From Intoshia linei (lineage: Eukaryota > Animalia > Orthonectida), in assembly GCA_001642005.1 (NCBI GenBank), contig LWCA01000177.1, forward strand, positions 1 through 43,837: a stretch of DNA of 43,837 bases, written 5' to 3'. Position 1 is the stretch's first letter; every line of letters begins with the position of its first letter. Positions 25,516-39,500 of the stretch are shown one piece after another. The translations under genes and the position numbers were made by a program. The notes beneath the pieces were generated by a model, which was given only the letters and a program-made list of their open reading frames with translations, made no database searches and was not told where the DNA came from.

Positions 25516-26577
25516 ATGACAACATTGGCTCCGATAATGTCAACAATCGGTATAAATACTACAGTGGGAACAATTAATATCAATTCCACTACGACTCAAA
25601 ATATGTATGATCAGGAATATGTGGACATGTACAAAGATTTGACTAGCGTCGTTGCACCAACTTTACTTGGATTTGAAGTAATTATTGGAACAGTTTTTAG
25701 TATTATTGGTCTCGTGATGCTTATATCAATTACACATGAAAACAAAATATATCCATCACTATTCTATATAAATATAATTATTGCAAATATTATTTTAACA
25801 ACATTGAGCATACCGTTCATGACATATCAATATAGCTTTGGAAATTGGATATATGGAAGAGTTATGTGTAATCTATTCACTTATACCAGATCACTCAGTT
25901 TATTTGTAATTGCATATTCTCTTACAGTATTGTCGTTATTCAGATTCATGATTTATGGTAAACCCAAGTATACGGGCTTTAGAAAATATTCAACTTTTTT
26001 TCTATCAATTTTAAGTATTTGGGTTTTTTCCGGTTTGTTAAATTTGCACACATTAATGTCATATGATGTATACACCTTTGAAGATGGTGTATCCCTCTGT
26101 CATTATGTTTCTAATTCAGCTGGTAAGATTAATGTATTGATACATTTGATTGTTGGATTTCTTATTCCTTTAATTTTATCTGTTGCATTTCAAATTTTTA
26201 CATATCTACAAAGAAAAAATGTAAGTGTTGCTCAAATTGAACTCGATACTATTGTTAATGTCAATACTGTTCAAACTCGACGTAATGTGAAGGATCAGTC
26301 AAAGGTTTTATTTGCTCAAACAATTATATTTTTACTGACGCAATTTCCCAGTCTCGTTTATATTAGTGTTTGTCATATGAATAGTTATGCTTTGGATTTG
26401 GTTATTTTACTGAAATATAGTATTGCAGTTTTTACTATTAGTATGGCTTTTCCGTTTGTTTTTTGTATCATTCTTGGTTTGTCAAATGAATATAGAAATG
26501 GATACTATAGAATAATGAATTTAGCAGGGCATACGGATAATAATGTTCAATATAAAGAAATTGAAACATTTATATGA
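25516..26577 (+). CDS. Intronless rhodopsin-family (class A) 7TM GPCR, peptide-receptor-like orphan, 353 aa
   Basis: Seven hydrophobic segments; N-terminal NxS/T sites; ECL1 WIYGRVMC; ECL2 Cys; TM5 GFLIPL; helix-8-like SNEYR. Canonical activation motifs are altered. Confidence 0.9.
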   Translation: MTTLAPIMSTIGINTTVGTININSTTTQNMYDQEYVDMYKDLTSVVAPTLLGFEVIIGTVFSIIGLVMLISITHENKIYPSLFYINIIIANIILTTLSIPFMTYQYSFGNWIYGRVMCNLFTYTRSLSLFVIAYSLTVLSLFRFMIYGKPKYTGFRKYSTFFLSILSIWVFSGLLNLHTLMSYDVYTFEDGVSLCHYVSNSAGKINVLIHLIVGFLIPLILSVAFQIFTYLQRKNVSVAQIELDTIVNVNTVQTRRNVKDQSKVLFAQTIIFLLTQFPSLVYISVCHMNSYALDLVILLKYSIAVFTISMAFPFVFCIILGLSNEYRNGYYRIMNLAGHTDNNVQYKEIETFI

Positions 26578-27419
26578 TCCATTATTTGTTATTTAAAGTA
26601 TTATTATTTAGTAAATATGAAATTATCAAAATTTTTATTTTTTTATTGGTATTCAACCGATAAATTAACTGATCTTCAAATGGGTGACGATATTTACTTG
26701 TGGTGAGTGGGATATTTATAATTTCTTTTAACAAACGATTTTATTAAACAATTACAAAATATTTTTTAGTAATAATTTTTTCTAATGGTTGCAAAAAAAA
26801 ATTTGTTGATGTTTTTGACAAAATTGCTCTCTCAAAATTTGATTCTGCGTTAACAGAGTAGTTTAAACCCTTAAAATTTTCTTTATCGTTTTATAAAATG
26901 AAAATCACCATATTTCATCATTTAAATTATTTGAGGATATAGGTGAAACTGATTTAGATTGCTTCAAACGACTTGTTAATTTTTAATAATTGAAATTAAT
27001 TCATGAGATTAGGATTCCAGTATCAACGAGTAAACATTGAATATCATCACAACAGATTAAAAAAATTAGTTTACATAAAGAGGTTGTTAAGATTAGATAA
27101 TTATCTAATAATTATAATTATTGGTTTATTAATAAATTAAAATTTTACTTTTATAAAAACAGAATTATTCGTTTCAATTTTAAATTACTTAATTGAATTT
27201 AATTAACTTAATTTTAACTGAATTTTAATCACTTTTCAACATAATTAATTCAAAATTTCACTGTAATATCATAATGTTCAATTATTAATATTTTGAAGTG
27301 CTTTACCCGAGGGTTTTTTAAATCCTTTTTTTTATATTATGTAGTATTTAACCCTTTTTATCGTACGTGGGTGTACTTTTGTATTTTCTAAAAAAAGTGC
27401 AAAATTGCACACCCCTAAG

Positions 27420-27443
27420 CAAGGACAGTTTAAACTGTCCTTG
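27420..27443. mobile_element. 24-bp perfect palindrome between 7-bp direct repeats; probable transposon excision footprint
   Basis: CCCTAAG [CAAGGACAGTTT AAACTGTCCTTG] CCCTAAG at 27413-27450. Confidence 0.55.
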
Positions 27444-27546
27444 CCCTAAGAGACATAGCAATAATAAAAAATAACAATCAAATTTATTTACAATATTAAT
27501 TTAATGGTATAAATATAAAAATAAATATTTTGTACATTTAAGAGGT

Positions 27547-30500
27547 TTACGTTTCACTAAATGTACTTTGATCACATAAATCATTTTCTAAAACATTAAT
27601 ATTCGAAATGGTCAAATCATCGAATTTAGCTATTTCATCTGCATGAAATTTCCTTAAATTATCAATTTCTTCTTGAAATTCATGGTGCATTATTTTCAAA
27701 TTTTCTTTAATTTGGTTTTCTATTGACATTAAATTATTGTTTGAACTGGAGACACATTGAAGTAAGTCATGATCATTATTTTTCAAAAGAGTTTGAGTAT
27801 AATTATTTTGATATTTCACTAGTCCTGATAATTCAGACTCTAACGAAGAAAGCAAATCAATCTTTTCAAGTTCAAGAGTGTTTGTAATATCAACCTGTAA
27901 AATGTAAATATCAAAAATGAAAAACCAATATCAATAAAATAAATTACATTGGCATTGATTAAAGCCTCATCAAACTCTTTTTTAAAATTTGCTAGTGTAA
28001 TTTCATAGTCATCTCTCAATGATTTCAATTCACACGGTGAAGCATTATTGGATTTCAACTTTGATTTATCAGATTTATAATTTTTCAAAATAGTGTTATT
28101 TTTAGCGGTAAATATTTTTTTAGTTTTAATTTCATTCTTTTTATTGTTTCGATGATTTTCCTTTATAGTTTTTACATGAAGTCGTCTCAAATTATTCATT
28201 CGATCAGTATTGTACTGCAATTGACTTTCCATTTCAATTTTTTGCAAATTAGTATTTAACTTTACTTTTCTTTCATTCATTTGCATTATGTGATTACACA
28301 AATTCTCTTTTAGTAGTTTTTCATGTTGTATTCTAAACTCGTCAATTTCAGCAACGAGAGTTGGTTTCAACTTATGACACTAAAAAGGTTTCAAATTTAT
28401 AAAATATTATTCTCACCTCGAATAATAATTCCTCTTGCTTTTTAAAATAAAAAACAAGTAATGTTCTTTCGTGTCTTCTATAAACTGACATGTTTTTAAT
28501 TTTTTGAGATTTGCATCTAATACTGTATTGTCTCACCTTTTGAGAATTAAATTCAATTTTCAAGTCCTTTTCCTTGGTTTTTCGGATACTTTTTCTTTCT
28601 TTCTGTAGAGTCTAAAAGTTACATTAAAGATAAAAAATTTTAATAAAACTGAAGTTATCATAGCCAATTCATATTTATATTCTTTTCTTTTCATTTCCTC
28701 AAAATTTTTAAGCTCTTTTCCAGTTCCATATTTTAGTTTTTTGTGAAATTTTTTCAATTCAATAGTGTTTGATTTCAACTAAATAAATATCTTTAAATTT
28801 ATTAAGAATTAACAGCCATCCCAAACTTGTTTCAACTTAAAAAAAATAAATTATATATATATTTTTCAATAGTATATTTATAGTGTGATATATTAAACTA
28901 ATATCGACAATAGTTGTTAAATGGATGCGAGGATCATTGAGATATAACTGACAATTTCATATAATTTATCAAATAAAGAGTAATGAAAAATTAGTATTTT
29001 TAACAATGTTTAAAGACGAAATCAGTCTCCAAAAAATATTAATTTATTAAAGACCAAACTGGTTGAAATGTTTCATTTTGTTCTTAGATGATTCAATACA
29101 GAATGATTTCCCTTTGTCAATTCGTTAAAGTGAATTATTCTCTTGATTTTAAAAAATGTAGATGATACTTTTGTGTATAACGACATGGAACTTGTTTTTT
29201 ACAAATAGAGTAAACTTAAAAAATTAGAGATGAATTGATTGATATAGGCGGAGAACATTCAGTTGAGCGACATAATCATTGATTTTTCGATCAAATTTTT
29301 GTGGGTTCTTCACTCACTTCATTTCAAATTTTTTCCGCCAATTTTTAAAGATTTTGATAAGTTTTTCACCAAAATTTGGTAGCGTTTTTAAGAGAACCAT
29401 TTTTTAATAATTTGAAGATAATTTTGGTCCCAAAATTTGATAAGCTTTTTAAGGGAAGTATTTTTTCACCTAATTTTAAAAAAATTTCAAAGATTTTGAG
29501 AATATTTTTGGTCCCAATATTTGGGAGGGTTTTAAGGGATTTTTTCCCAATTTTTACAGATTTTGATAATAATTTTTTAACCAAAATTTGGTAGGTTTTT
29601 TAAGGAAACATTTTATTAATATTAATATTTTGAAGATAGTTTTTAAATTAAAATATTGTAAGTTCTTAATGGTATATTTATAACATAATATGGGATCTTC
29701 AAAATTTTTAAAAACTGGATTAAAAAAATGTTCCCTTAAAAACCCTACTACATTATGGTTAAAAAATTATCACAAAAATCTTTAAAAATTGGGCAAAAAA
29801 AAAAATCCCATTAAATCCCTAACAAATTTCTGACCTAAAATTATTTTCAAAATCTTAAAATTGGGTGCAACATCAATAATATGATAAATTATTAAAATCG
29901 ATGATTATGACGCTCTAAGATGTATCGTTCTAACAATACATCGCTCAAATGAATATCACTCTAGAATCTAGATAATGGAAGTTGATATAGGTTGATTTGT
30001 TCCGAGAAGATTTGGTACAATATGAAATCATTTTGTAAATTGACTAAAGTATATTTTTAGTTTGATGGTTTAATGTTGATGTTGAAAGATAATGTTCATT
30101 CAATGTTATTACGATGTAAACCACTTTTTTTTAATTTCAGTAGATTAAATAAAGAAATAAATAGAAATAATAACAAATAAACAGAGGAAAAAGTACATGT
30201 TGGGTTTTAACATGAAAATTTTCCGTCGATTAAAAAATCACTTCAGTAAAATATCAGGATACCGTTTGGAAACTATATAAATGCAAAATTTTGAAATACA
30301 AACATAATCATTTAGAGTTTCTTCATTTTTAGATTTCAACTTGATCATTTCTTTGTTCATTTTTTGTATTAAATTTTCATTCTCTCTATTATAAATCTGA
30401 ATTAAAGATGATTTTTCATCTTGAAATTTTTTTTCAATCTAAATTACAATATAAACAGGTGGAATGCATTAAACTTGATCAGTTTCTTTGCGGTGTTGTT

Positions 30501-33500
30501 TACGAACCTTTTTGTACATGTTTAGTTGATTTTTATTTATATTACTAAGATCAAAAGCATTGGACCTCATTTCTTTTGAAAATTTTTTCCTAAGATTAAA
30601 GTATATAAATGCATGTCTAACAAACCCATATTTCATTATCAATTAAACTATTTTAAAGGTGCAGTTTACAGCGCTTTACAGTGCCAAAACATTTAATATT
30701 ATTAATATTCAATCCCCTCATGTAAGTAATACCATGCAAAAGTCGAAAAATGGGTCATACAATTTAAAAACACTCTTCTCGCAATAATGTTACATATGTT
30801 TGCCAGGTGCCGGTCCTTTAGATGAAATAATACACAAGACATTAGATATTATACGGCTCAGCCAGTAAAACAATTTGTAAGACAAGACAAGCCAGTGCTT
30901 GCAATTTCTCGGGAAATAGAAATTCTGTCTTAAGAAAAAAATTAACTCATACTGTTAGTAATACAATAAAAATTTTTAATTATGAAAAAACTAAAAGTAC
31001 TAACAGTTCCAAAATTGTAAATATTTTTGAAATAATAAAGGATTACAATCTGGCACTAATTGGTTGTTAACTTTAAAATCTTAAATAAAACATGCAAAGT
31101 AGGAGAAAAATGCGATTTATTTAACATTTTGTATTATCACAAAGTCCATATATAGGAATAAGTCCAAGATTAAGTCATTTTTAAGACTAAAGATGTAGAT
31201 TCAAATATTTTTTATTTTTAAAACTGGTCTAATCATGAAATGATTATTTACATTTTATCTTAGAAATCTTTTCAATTATTTGTCTTCTAATTTTTTCAAA
31301 GTAACTATTTACAATATTAATGACACAGTTTTGAGATATAGGCAAGCCTATTCATCTTAAATTTTTTAGAATAAAATTTGATCGGGTAAATTGTTTATGA
31401 TTAGTTCATCGTACGCAATAAATTATAACTTCAACCCTTTCTTGGCTATTGTCATTTTTTTAAAATAGTTATATTGGGATTTTTTGTTTGTTTTTTATTT
31501 ACAGGTTCACCCAATGATTTAATCATAAACTGTACGCATTTTAAGTGACGATATAAACCAGGTGTAGAAAAATTTTTATAATTTATCATTGTACCCCCAA
31601 ATAGAACATTTTGCCTTTTCGTTTTGTCACTTAAAATAGTCCTATAAATTTTCGTAGAACATAACGGTTATCTTAAAGAGAAACAATCTAATACCAACTA
31701 AATAAATTAAATCATACAACTGAATTGAATTACCGTAAAATTTAATGTTGTTTTTACACGCTTAAATTTATTAGCGACAATTAAAAATGATTATTCTTTG
31801 AAGATTTTATTTTTGAATTCATATAACAAACTACATTTTTAAAAATTTTCAAATATTTTAAATTTAAGAATATTTAAATTTTTCGAGAATTCTAGAGATT
31901 TTTCGAGCAAGCACTTACTAAGACATAATAATTGCCTTATATTATATTCCCGAATAAGTACACTAGTACAATCATAATAATTACAGACTAAGGTATTTAT
32001 TTTTGGATTCATTGTTATTTTTATCCTGACCGACTAAATTTAATTCGTTTTTAAGTAAATCTGCATTGTCAGCAATTTCTTGCATATCTAAAAAAATACA
32101 CGAATTAAAATTATTATTACAAAAAATTGTCATAAATTTTAAAGTTAAATTTGAAAAAAGTGTACCTTTCGACAAGGCAATATCACTTTCAATAAGAAAA
32201 CCAGATTCATCAAAGACGGATACATTTTCATATTTAGATTGATCAGAAGAACTAGAAATATTATCACCCCTCACATTTTCATTCTTAATACTGTCATTTG
32301 AATCACTACAGCGAATATTAGGACTGCTATCTACCTAATTTAAAAACGTCAAAAATGTAAACGCAAAAAATACAATAGTTGATCCTGAAATGGAATCACT
32401 CATTTCTTTTTTATACAATTTTAAATTTGCGATTCTACGACTAGAGGTTTCTTCAATTTCGTTGACAATATTCATTGCGTTATTAATAATATCTTGAATA
32501 ATTTTTCGTTGATCACACTGTGATATAAAATTGTGCTAATATATTATAAATTAACTATTTTTTTAAATTAAACTCTGACTAATTCTTCAGAATATTTTCG
32601 ATTTTTATAATTGAAAACAAGGCATTCAGCTACAAATGAAATGAAATTCTGTGACCACTTTTCTTTATTTTCTAATTTTGGTGGGTCCTTTTGAGCAATA
32701 TAATACAATGCGCTCATCGCGTGCAAATTGAAATAAGGTGGCATTCTTTGGGCTAAATATAGAGTTTTAATTTTAATTTGATATAATAATAATTTACCCA
32801 ATTCAATACAAGTAATTCCTAGAGACCAAACATCCGTTCTTTGATCATATTGACCTTCATCCATGGCCAAAATTATTTCAGGAGACATCCAATAACTAAA
32901 GTAACACTATTAATATTAAATAATGTCATCATTTCAACCATTAATTATGTACATGCAGTTCGAACCTACTATTCTCGAGGACCCTCCAAAATTTAAAAGA
33001 TGTAATTTTTATACTTACATAGTGTATATTGAGAGATAGTATGTCGCCCTGATTAATCATAAAATTCAAGTCGAACACAAAAAATAAATATAAAACAATT
33101 ACGGAGTTCCAACAAAACTATTGGCAGGGCATACGAGTGAAGCAGATCCAAAATCAGCTAATTTTTAAAATTATATAAATTAGAATTATTTTGTATTTAT
33201 TACTAAAAAGCTAAAAAATAAAAACCAATTTTAATTAGGCCTTCGCATGTCAATAAAATATTTCCAGCCTTAATATCTCTATGTATCGCATCTTCACTGT
33301 GTAAATATATTAATCCCAGTAAAGTAAATTTAACTATTGCAGATATTTCATTTTCTGTAAATGTTCTTTTGATAACTACATTTATTAAAATTATAATTAT
33401 TATTATATTATAATCATTATTATTACACCAAATAAATTTTTATTTTTACTATAAAACTGTCCAACACGTATACTACAAACTTACTACGACTATCATAAAT

Positions 33501-36500
33501 GAATTACTAACTGTTCGACCTTTCTAATGAATATTTAGTTTTACTTTTTAAAGATCGTGATCGTCTGATGCAAAATAATTTTGACCACCACTTCATATAA
33601 AACTTGGATTGGTTAAACAATTTTTATGTGGATTGAATAGACAATACAATAACAATGGACCACCAAAGACATTGCCATCATTAAAAAAATTTTTTCCTAA
33701 TCTCAGCGACGCTAAATTAATGACTGGTATACTAAATTGCCCACAAATTAGAAAACTATTAAAAGATGTACATTTTCGATCTACCCTTAAACTTGAACAA
33801 AAAGATGCGTTTAATGCTTTGGAAAATGTAATTTCATCTTTTCTTAGAAACAATTTTCAAATTATTGATAAAATACCAAGAAATGAACTGCCTTTATAGC
33901 ATAAAAATGCATTACCTAGAATATCATTTAGACTTCTTTGCGCTAAACTGCGGTATGTGGTCAGACGAAAAAGGTGAACAATTTCATCAAACTATGATGT
34001 TATATCAAAGAAGTTTTAGAAGATGTAGATCATTAAATATGATTTGTAATTTTATTTGGTAATGTTCAATAAAAAATAAATTTATCTAATTATTACTTTT
34101 TTTATTAAATATTTTTAATTGATACCTTCTTATATCTTAATTTTTGAAATTTATGTCTATCACTTACATCCTTAATATTGAACAAGATTCGTCTAGGGGT
34201 AATCCAAAAAAGTTGATTTTACGTGTAATGTAAGTAGTACATCCAGAAAATTTTTATTTCATATTGTTTGTCGATGTTGCCTTAAAATTAGAGTTAATTA
34301 ATTAAGGTAATTAAATAATTAATGACAATTTTTTTTATACATATGTATACGTGTATGTTTATCTGTCCATTTTACCATTTGTAATATAAAATATTAATTG
34401 TAAATAGACCTCACGGTATAGTGTACCTCTTTAAAAAAAAAACTTTGACCCTTAATTACATCCAAAGTCGATCTTGAAATTAATAAATTTTTTTAAAAAT
34501 AGATATATACTGGTTCACTTACATATAACAAAAGTTTCGGTCAGTTTGTCGAAATTTTGTTGGACAGTGTAATATAACTATTATATACCTTCAACAATAT
34601 CCATTACCGATCCAACACAATATTCCATAATTATCTACAAATATATCATATTAAAAGGATAAATTCTGAAAATTATTATTATGATTATAATTACATACAT
34701 AAAAGTTCGAAATCGCATATTGGATTTGGTAATTATAGTTGGTGGATTACCATAAGATTCTTTCATTTAAATAATTTAAGAAAACAATTTGTTTCGGAAA
34801 AAAAAATCTCATTTTCAATTTTTAGTTTGACACACATAACATTTACAGGGACGCACAAATGCACTAAGCCGCACCTTTGAAAAAATTGGTTTACAGAAAT
34901 ATCATAATTACCACATTACCCATTAAAATAGCATTAATTTATTTTTTTTAAAAATAATTCCGTCTTAATTGTGTACTAATTATTTTCAACTCCTTAGATT
35001 AATGAAATATCTGAAAGAATTATAAAATAATTGTGTAGAATTTTTTTTAATGTTGCGGCCCCGAAATTTGTAAATTTTTTTGGCCCTCATTCGTCATGTG
35101 TTTGGATCACCCTGACATATATCACTAAAATATAACGTAAAAATAAATTATTACTCTATTATTTTAAATTAGTCACAGTCATGGTTAAAAAAGCAATTTA
35201 ATATTCATTTTTTTTATTTCGAATATAAATGTATAATAAACAATAAAAAAATTACCCAAACAGTAGATTTTACAAAATAACTTTCAAAATACTCGACAAT
35301 ATTTTGATGATTCAATTCACACAAAACCTTTAGTTCACGTATACAATCATTTAATTGCTAAAATTTAGAATTAAAAAATTAAAATGATAATCTATAATAT
35401 AGCGACACGTGTAATGAAAATCATCATGAGTACATCCGTCGGTACGATTAGTTCTTGCCGGAAGTATATTCGTCGGTGTTCACAAGATTAAGGACCTAGC
35501 TAGACAGGATACGGCTTATACGCCCTTACCATAAACAAAGTAAATATAAAAATAAAAATAATTATGCCAAAAAACTTAAATTTGACTTTTCTAAAATCCA
35601 TTTTCGTAAAATTCAACTATAACTTGTCAAATATGTAACAGATTATTTAAATTTACTTATTGACACTACGATTGATATCAAAGTCATTTAGGCTAGTTTT
35701 ATTTAACATTTTTTATCTCGAGGAAAATCCATGTATAATAACAATTAGGGCAGTGACTCCGTGGCCCCTTGGGTCCGTGAGATTTAAATAAAATATAAAA
35801 AAATGTATCAAATTTTGTTATTTTTATAGGAGAATTTTTAATATTTGTTACAGATTTTCCAATTGTTCGGAATTTATCCCAAAGCCTAGACAACCGGTAC
35901 ATTATCATTTAAGAATCCCAATTTTATCCCACCGTTAATAAAATTTAATAAAAAATACCACTTTAAACCATTAAGGAAAAATTTCCCTTTTCCAATATTT
36001 TTTTGAAAAATTCGTTTTGATCAAATCTTATAAGATAAACCGTTTATTCCAACCCCAATATAAAAATCCAATTTTAGAAATCTTTTGATACTTTTTTTAA
36101 AAACAATGTCATAGTTTTAACTCGTTAGTGTTCGCTCTTTTTTATAACGTAAACGCTCGCAGACGCCAAAAAACGGTCGATTTTTATGAATGAAAAATGT
36201 GACACGAAGCAATAAAACATTTTGTTATACGATTTAATTATTTTAATAGGCGTGGTTTTCAAAACACTTTTTACAAATATTATTGCATGATCTTTGCAAA
36301 TATGCTGATTACATAAAACTCATACTTGAAATGTTCTTTTAGCATTGTAATTACATAAGTAACATTTTCGCCTTTTTTGAACAGGTAACAATTCTAAAAA
36401 TTAAATTAATTTTCAATAATTATTATAAAATACTGATTAAATTATTCAGAGATTGAGATCTAAGTATTACATAATTATGGCATAAAGATTTTCCAAGTTC

Positions 36501-39500
36501 TCTCAAATACATCCGCCTAGGAATATATTCATTTCCAGAATAATATATTATATGTTAATAATATATTATAACTATTCACTGCAATCGTGTTTTGTAGATA
36601 TTACATTGACAATTCTTCTTGGCTTTGGACAATACAATACTAGTGATATAATTTTGTGGTAATCTAAAACAGTGGAATAAACCTTGCGGTTTTTACTATA
36701 AATGAAAAATACAGCAAGTTCTTTTTTATTTGTCAACTTTTTCTCCAATAAATCAAACGCTAACGGTATAGACGTAAACCAATTGTCCATAGTGTATCCT
36801 TTATGAAAGGAAAACCTTTTTGAGATTCTTTAAAATCATACCATTCACTTTCCCCATCTTTTCCAGTGAACTTACAATTTTTATATGAGATAGATTCGTC
36901 AGTTTCAGTCATATGTTCACTAATATATTCCTCGTGTGATTCTATACCACTAAATTCGTCAAAATCATCATCTACATCATCTTGAAATAAATTGTCCATA
37001 AAAGTAATTAGAAAATTCAGTTGATAATTCAATATTATAGCCCAGTTGATTGAAGCAATACAAAAAACATAACAACAAAATAAATTTATTGTGAATTTAG
37101 TATTGATATTAATTTGATCATAAAAATTTAATCTGACACATTTATAATTTACATAACATTGTATTTCATAGCTCATGTCATAAAATTTATAAATGGTGCA
37201 AAATTATAGGCTAACTAAATTTCATTGAATAAAATCGTCCATAAAATAGACACTGCGCGAGCACTAAAGGGTTAAAACAAATTTGTATGGATCTGAACCA
37301 CTGTGCAATGAAATGTAAATTGTAAAGTAGTGATCCTTTACTTATATAAAAATTAATGTCTGTGTGTAACCATTTATTGAAAAAATTGACAGTCATAGGA
37401 TTTAATAAACCCAAATACTAATACAGTTTTGCCCAGACCGTATTATCTATTTTTCAGTTTCAGAATTTGAGTCCTTCAGGGTCAAAAATTTAAAGCATTA
37501 AAATTGTCGTTAATCTCAGCTTCAAAAACTCATACCTTCATGATCAAAATCACAAATTACCCTTTGTTTTAAAATCATTTTATTTAAAATGACAACAGCC
37601 TTAGAATTTAAAAAAGTTAAAAATGGTACAGTTGTATCCTGTTAACACACACAAAAAATTTCAACCCCAGAAATCTACGCATTCCCCGGTGACAAATAAC
37701 TGTTAATATATTATCAACAATATTTTTCAAATGTTATATTAAAATGAAAAATGAAAATAATCATCCTACAATTTCAAAAAAAATATGACTTTAACGTCTA
37801 CACATTTCTAATAAAGAAATATGGGTGGAAATCTATATAATTGATTTTGTCGGATTTTTTTTTCATTTCTACGCTATTTTTCATTCTCAAATACTCATTA
37901 TTAAAAAATTTAAACAATAAACCGATTTATTAACAACCTATTATTGACAAACATTAATTTTCTAAGTGTGTATTTCTGAAAAAATCCAAAAATTATCTAT
38001 CAAATACTAATAATAACATAACATACCTCAACAGAATGTTTTCCATAAATATTGACCTTTTTTATAGCTACATTTTTATTTTGGATGACATCTTTCGCCT
38101 AAATTAGATACATATAAAAATATACATTAATTATTTATCAGTAGGTCCTACGTATACGGTAATAAAACTACAGCGTAGTATCAAACAATGTAAATAATAA
38201 TAATTCATTATTCATTCAACACATAATTAAGAACGTAATAATATCAACACTGATAATAATAAATGTACTAAAAAATAAAAAAAATTTAAAAGAAATTTTT
38301 ACTTATACATAAAATATGTATAAAGTAATTTAATTAAAAATGTAATAGATTTAGAGTTTTAAGAATACCCCTCTATAATATTATTTTTTGAATGTAATGT
38401 TTTATTGCAAATTTCATTTTCTAAAATTGAGTCCTTCAAGGTCAAAAACACCAATTATCCCCATTTTTTTTAAATTCAAACGAATCCTAAAATTATAAAA
38501 AATACACAATCTTTAAAGATTTTAAAATCATCACCATTATGATAAATATAATATTAGGTTCTATTCAGTTTAACTGAGCATTTCATTGTTATATATGGCA
38601 TACAGTGTATATTATACACTAAGGTTGATAACCAGAGTCCACAGAATAATGTTAGTGGTCCTTTGAGAAAATATGTAAATTATTTATTTTTAAATTTTTA
38701 AACACCGTTTTCTACTATAATTGGTTCATTATAATCATTTTAATTCTGAATTTTGTTGAATATACTAGAACCGTTTCTTTTCAATTAGAATTGAAATGCA
38801 TCATGTGTAAATTTTTAAAAATAGGGCCAGTAGAATTTTTTTATATCAAAAAAGTGAACCACGAGATGTAAAAGGTTGTAGACCTCGTTATACACAGTTC
38901 ATTTTTAATGCATATGCCTTGTAAAATTTAAGCAATGTCATCAATAATTTTCTAATATTTGGTTATATCAGTGTTTCCCAAAATTTTTATGTTCGCAGCA
39001 CACTAAAAAATAAATAAAAACATTGCGGCGCAATATATACATTGAATATATTTATATCTTTGAAAATGTGTATTATCACAGTCGTTCTCAACCCTTTTTA
39101 ATAAGGCTCCCCTCAAATGCAATAATTTATAATTTTTTTCAATAATGAAAATTTTGAAATAAAATTTAAAATATAATCATAATTACAAATAAATCTATTT
39201 TAAAGTTATTTTTTTAGTAAACATAAAATGTGTATTTGAGCCATTCGTGAGCAAATAAAATATAAAAATTTCAATTTAAGTGACCTACAAAAAATAATAC
39301 CCAAGAGTCATAGATAGATTTAAAATATGCGTGGAAAGCGTGCAACATGGTTATTTCCACTATTTTATATACAGTAAACACTCGAAAGGTGACCACTTTT
39401 TTGGGCAAGTGGTCACTTTTACCACTAAAGTTAAAATCATAATATCACTATAATTACACATTCTTTAAAATACAGTATTCATTTTACATACCATACATTT

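Noticed and set aside
29366-29594. Overlapping + and - 72-aa ORFs
   Set aside because: Translations of the subrepeats of the foldback element.
31734-31830. Extra TAO exon with an in-frame TAA
   Set aside because: Exon 11 (ending 31985) splices in phase directly to 30589 and gives TAO-like spacing up to YKKVRKQH.
33593-33853. 86-aa minus-strand ORF
   Set aside because: Antisense to the Chapaev3 transposase fragment.
35360-35485. Intronic C/D snoRNA (ATGATGA on the host strand)
   Set aside because: No downstream CTGA box D or terminal stem before the exon.
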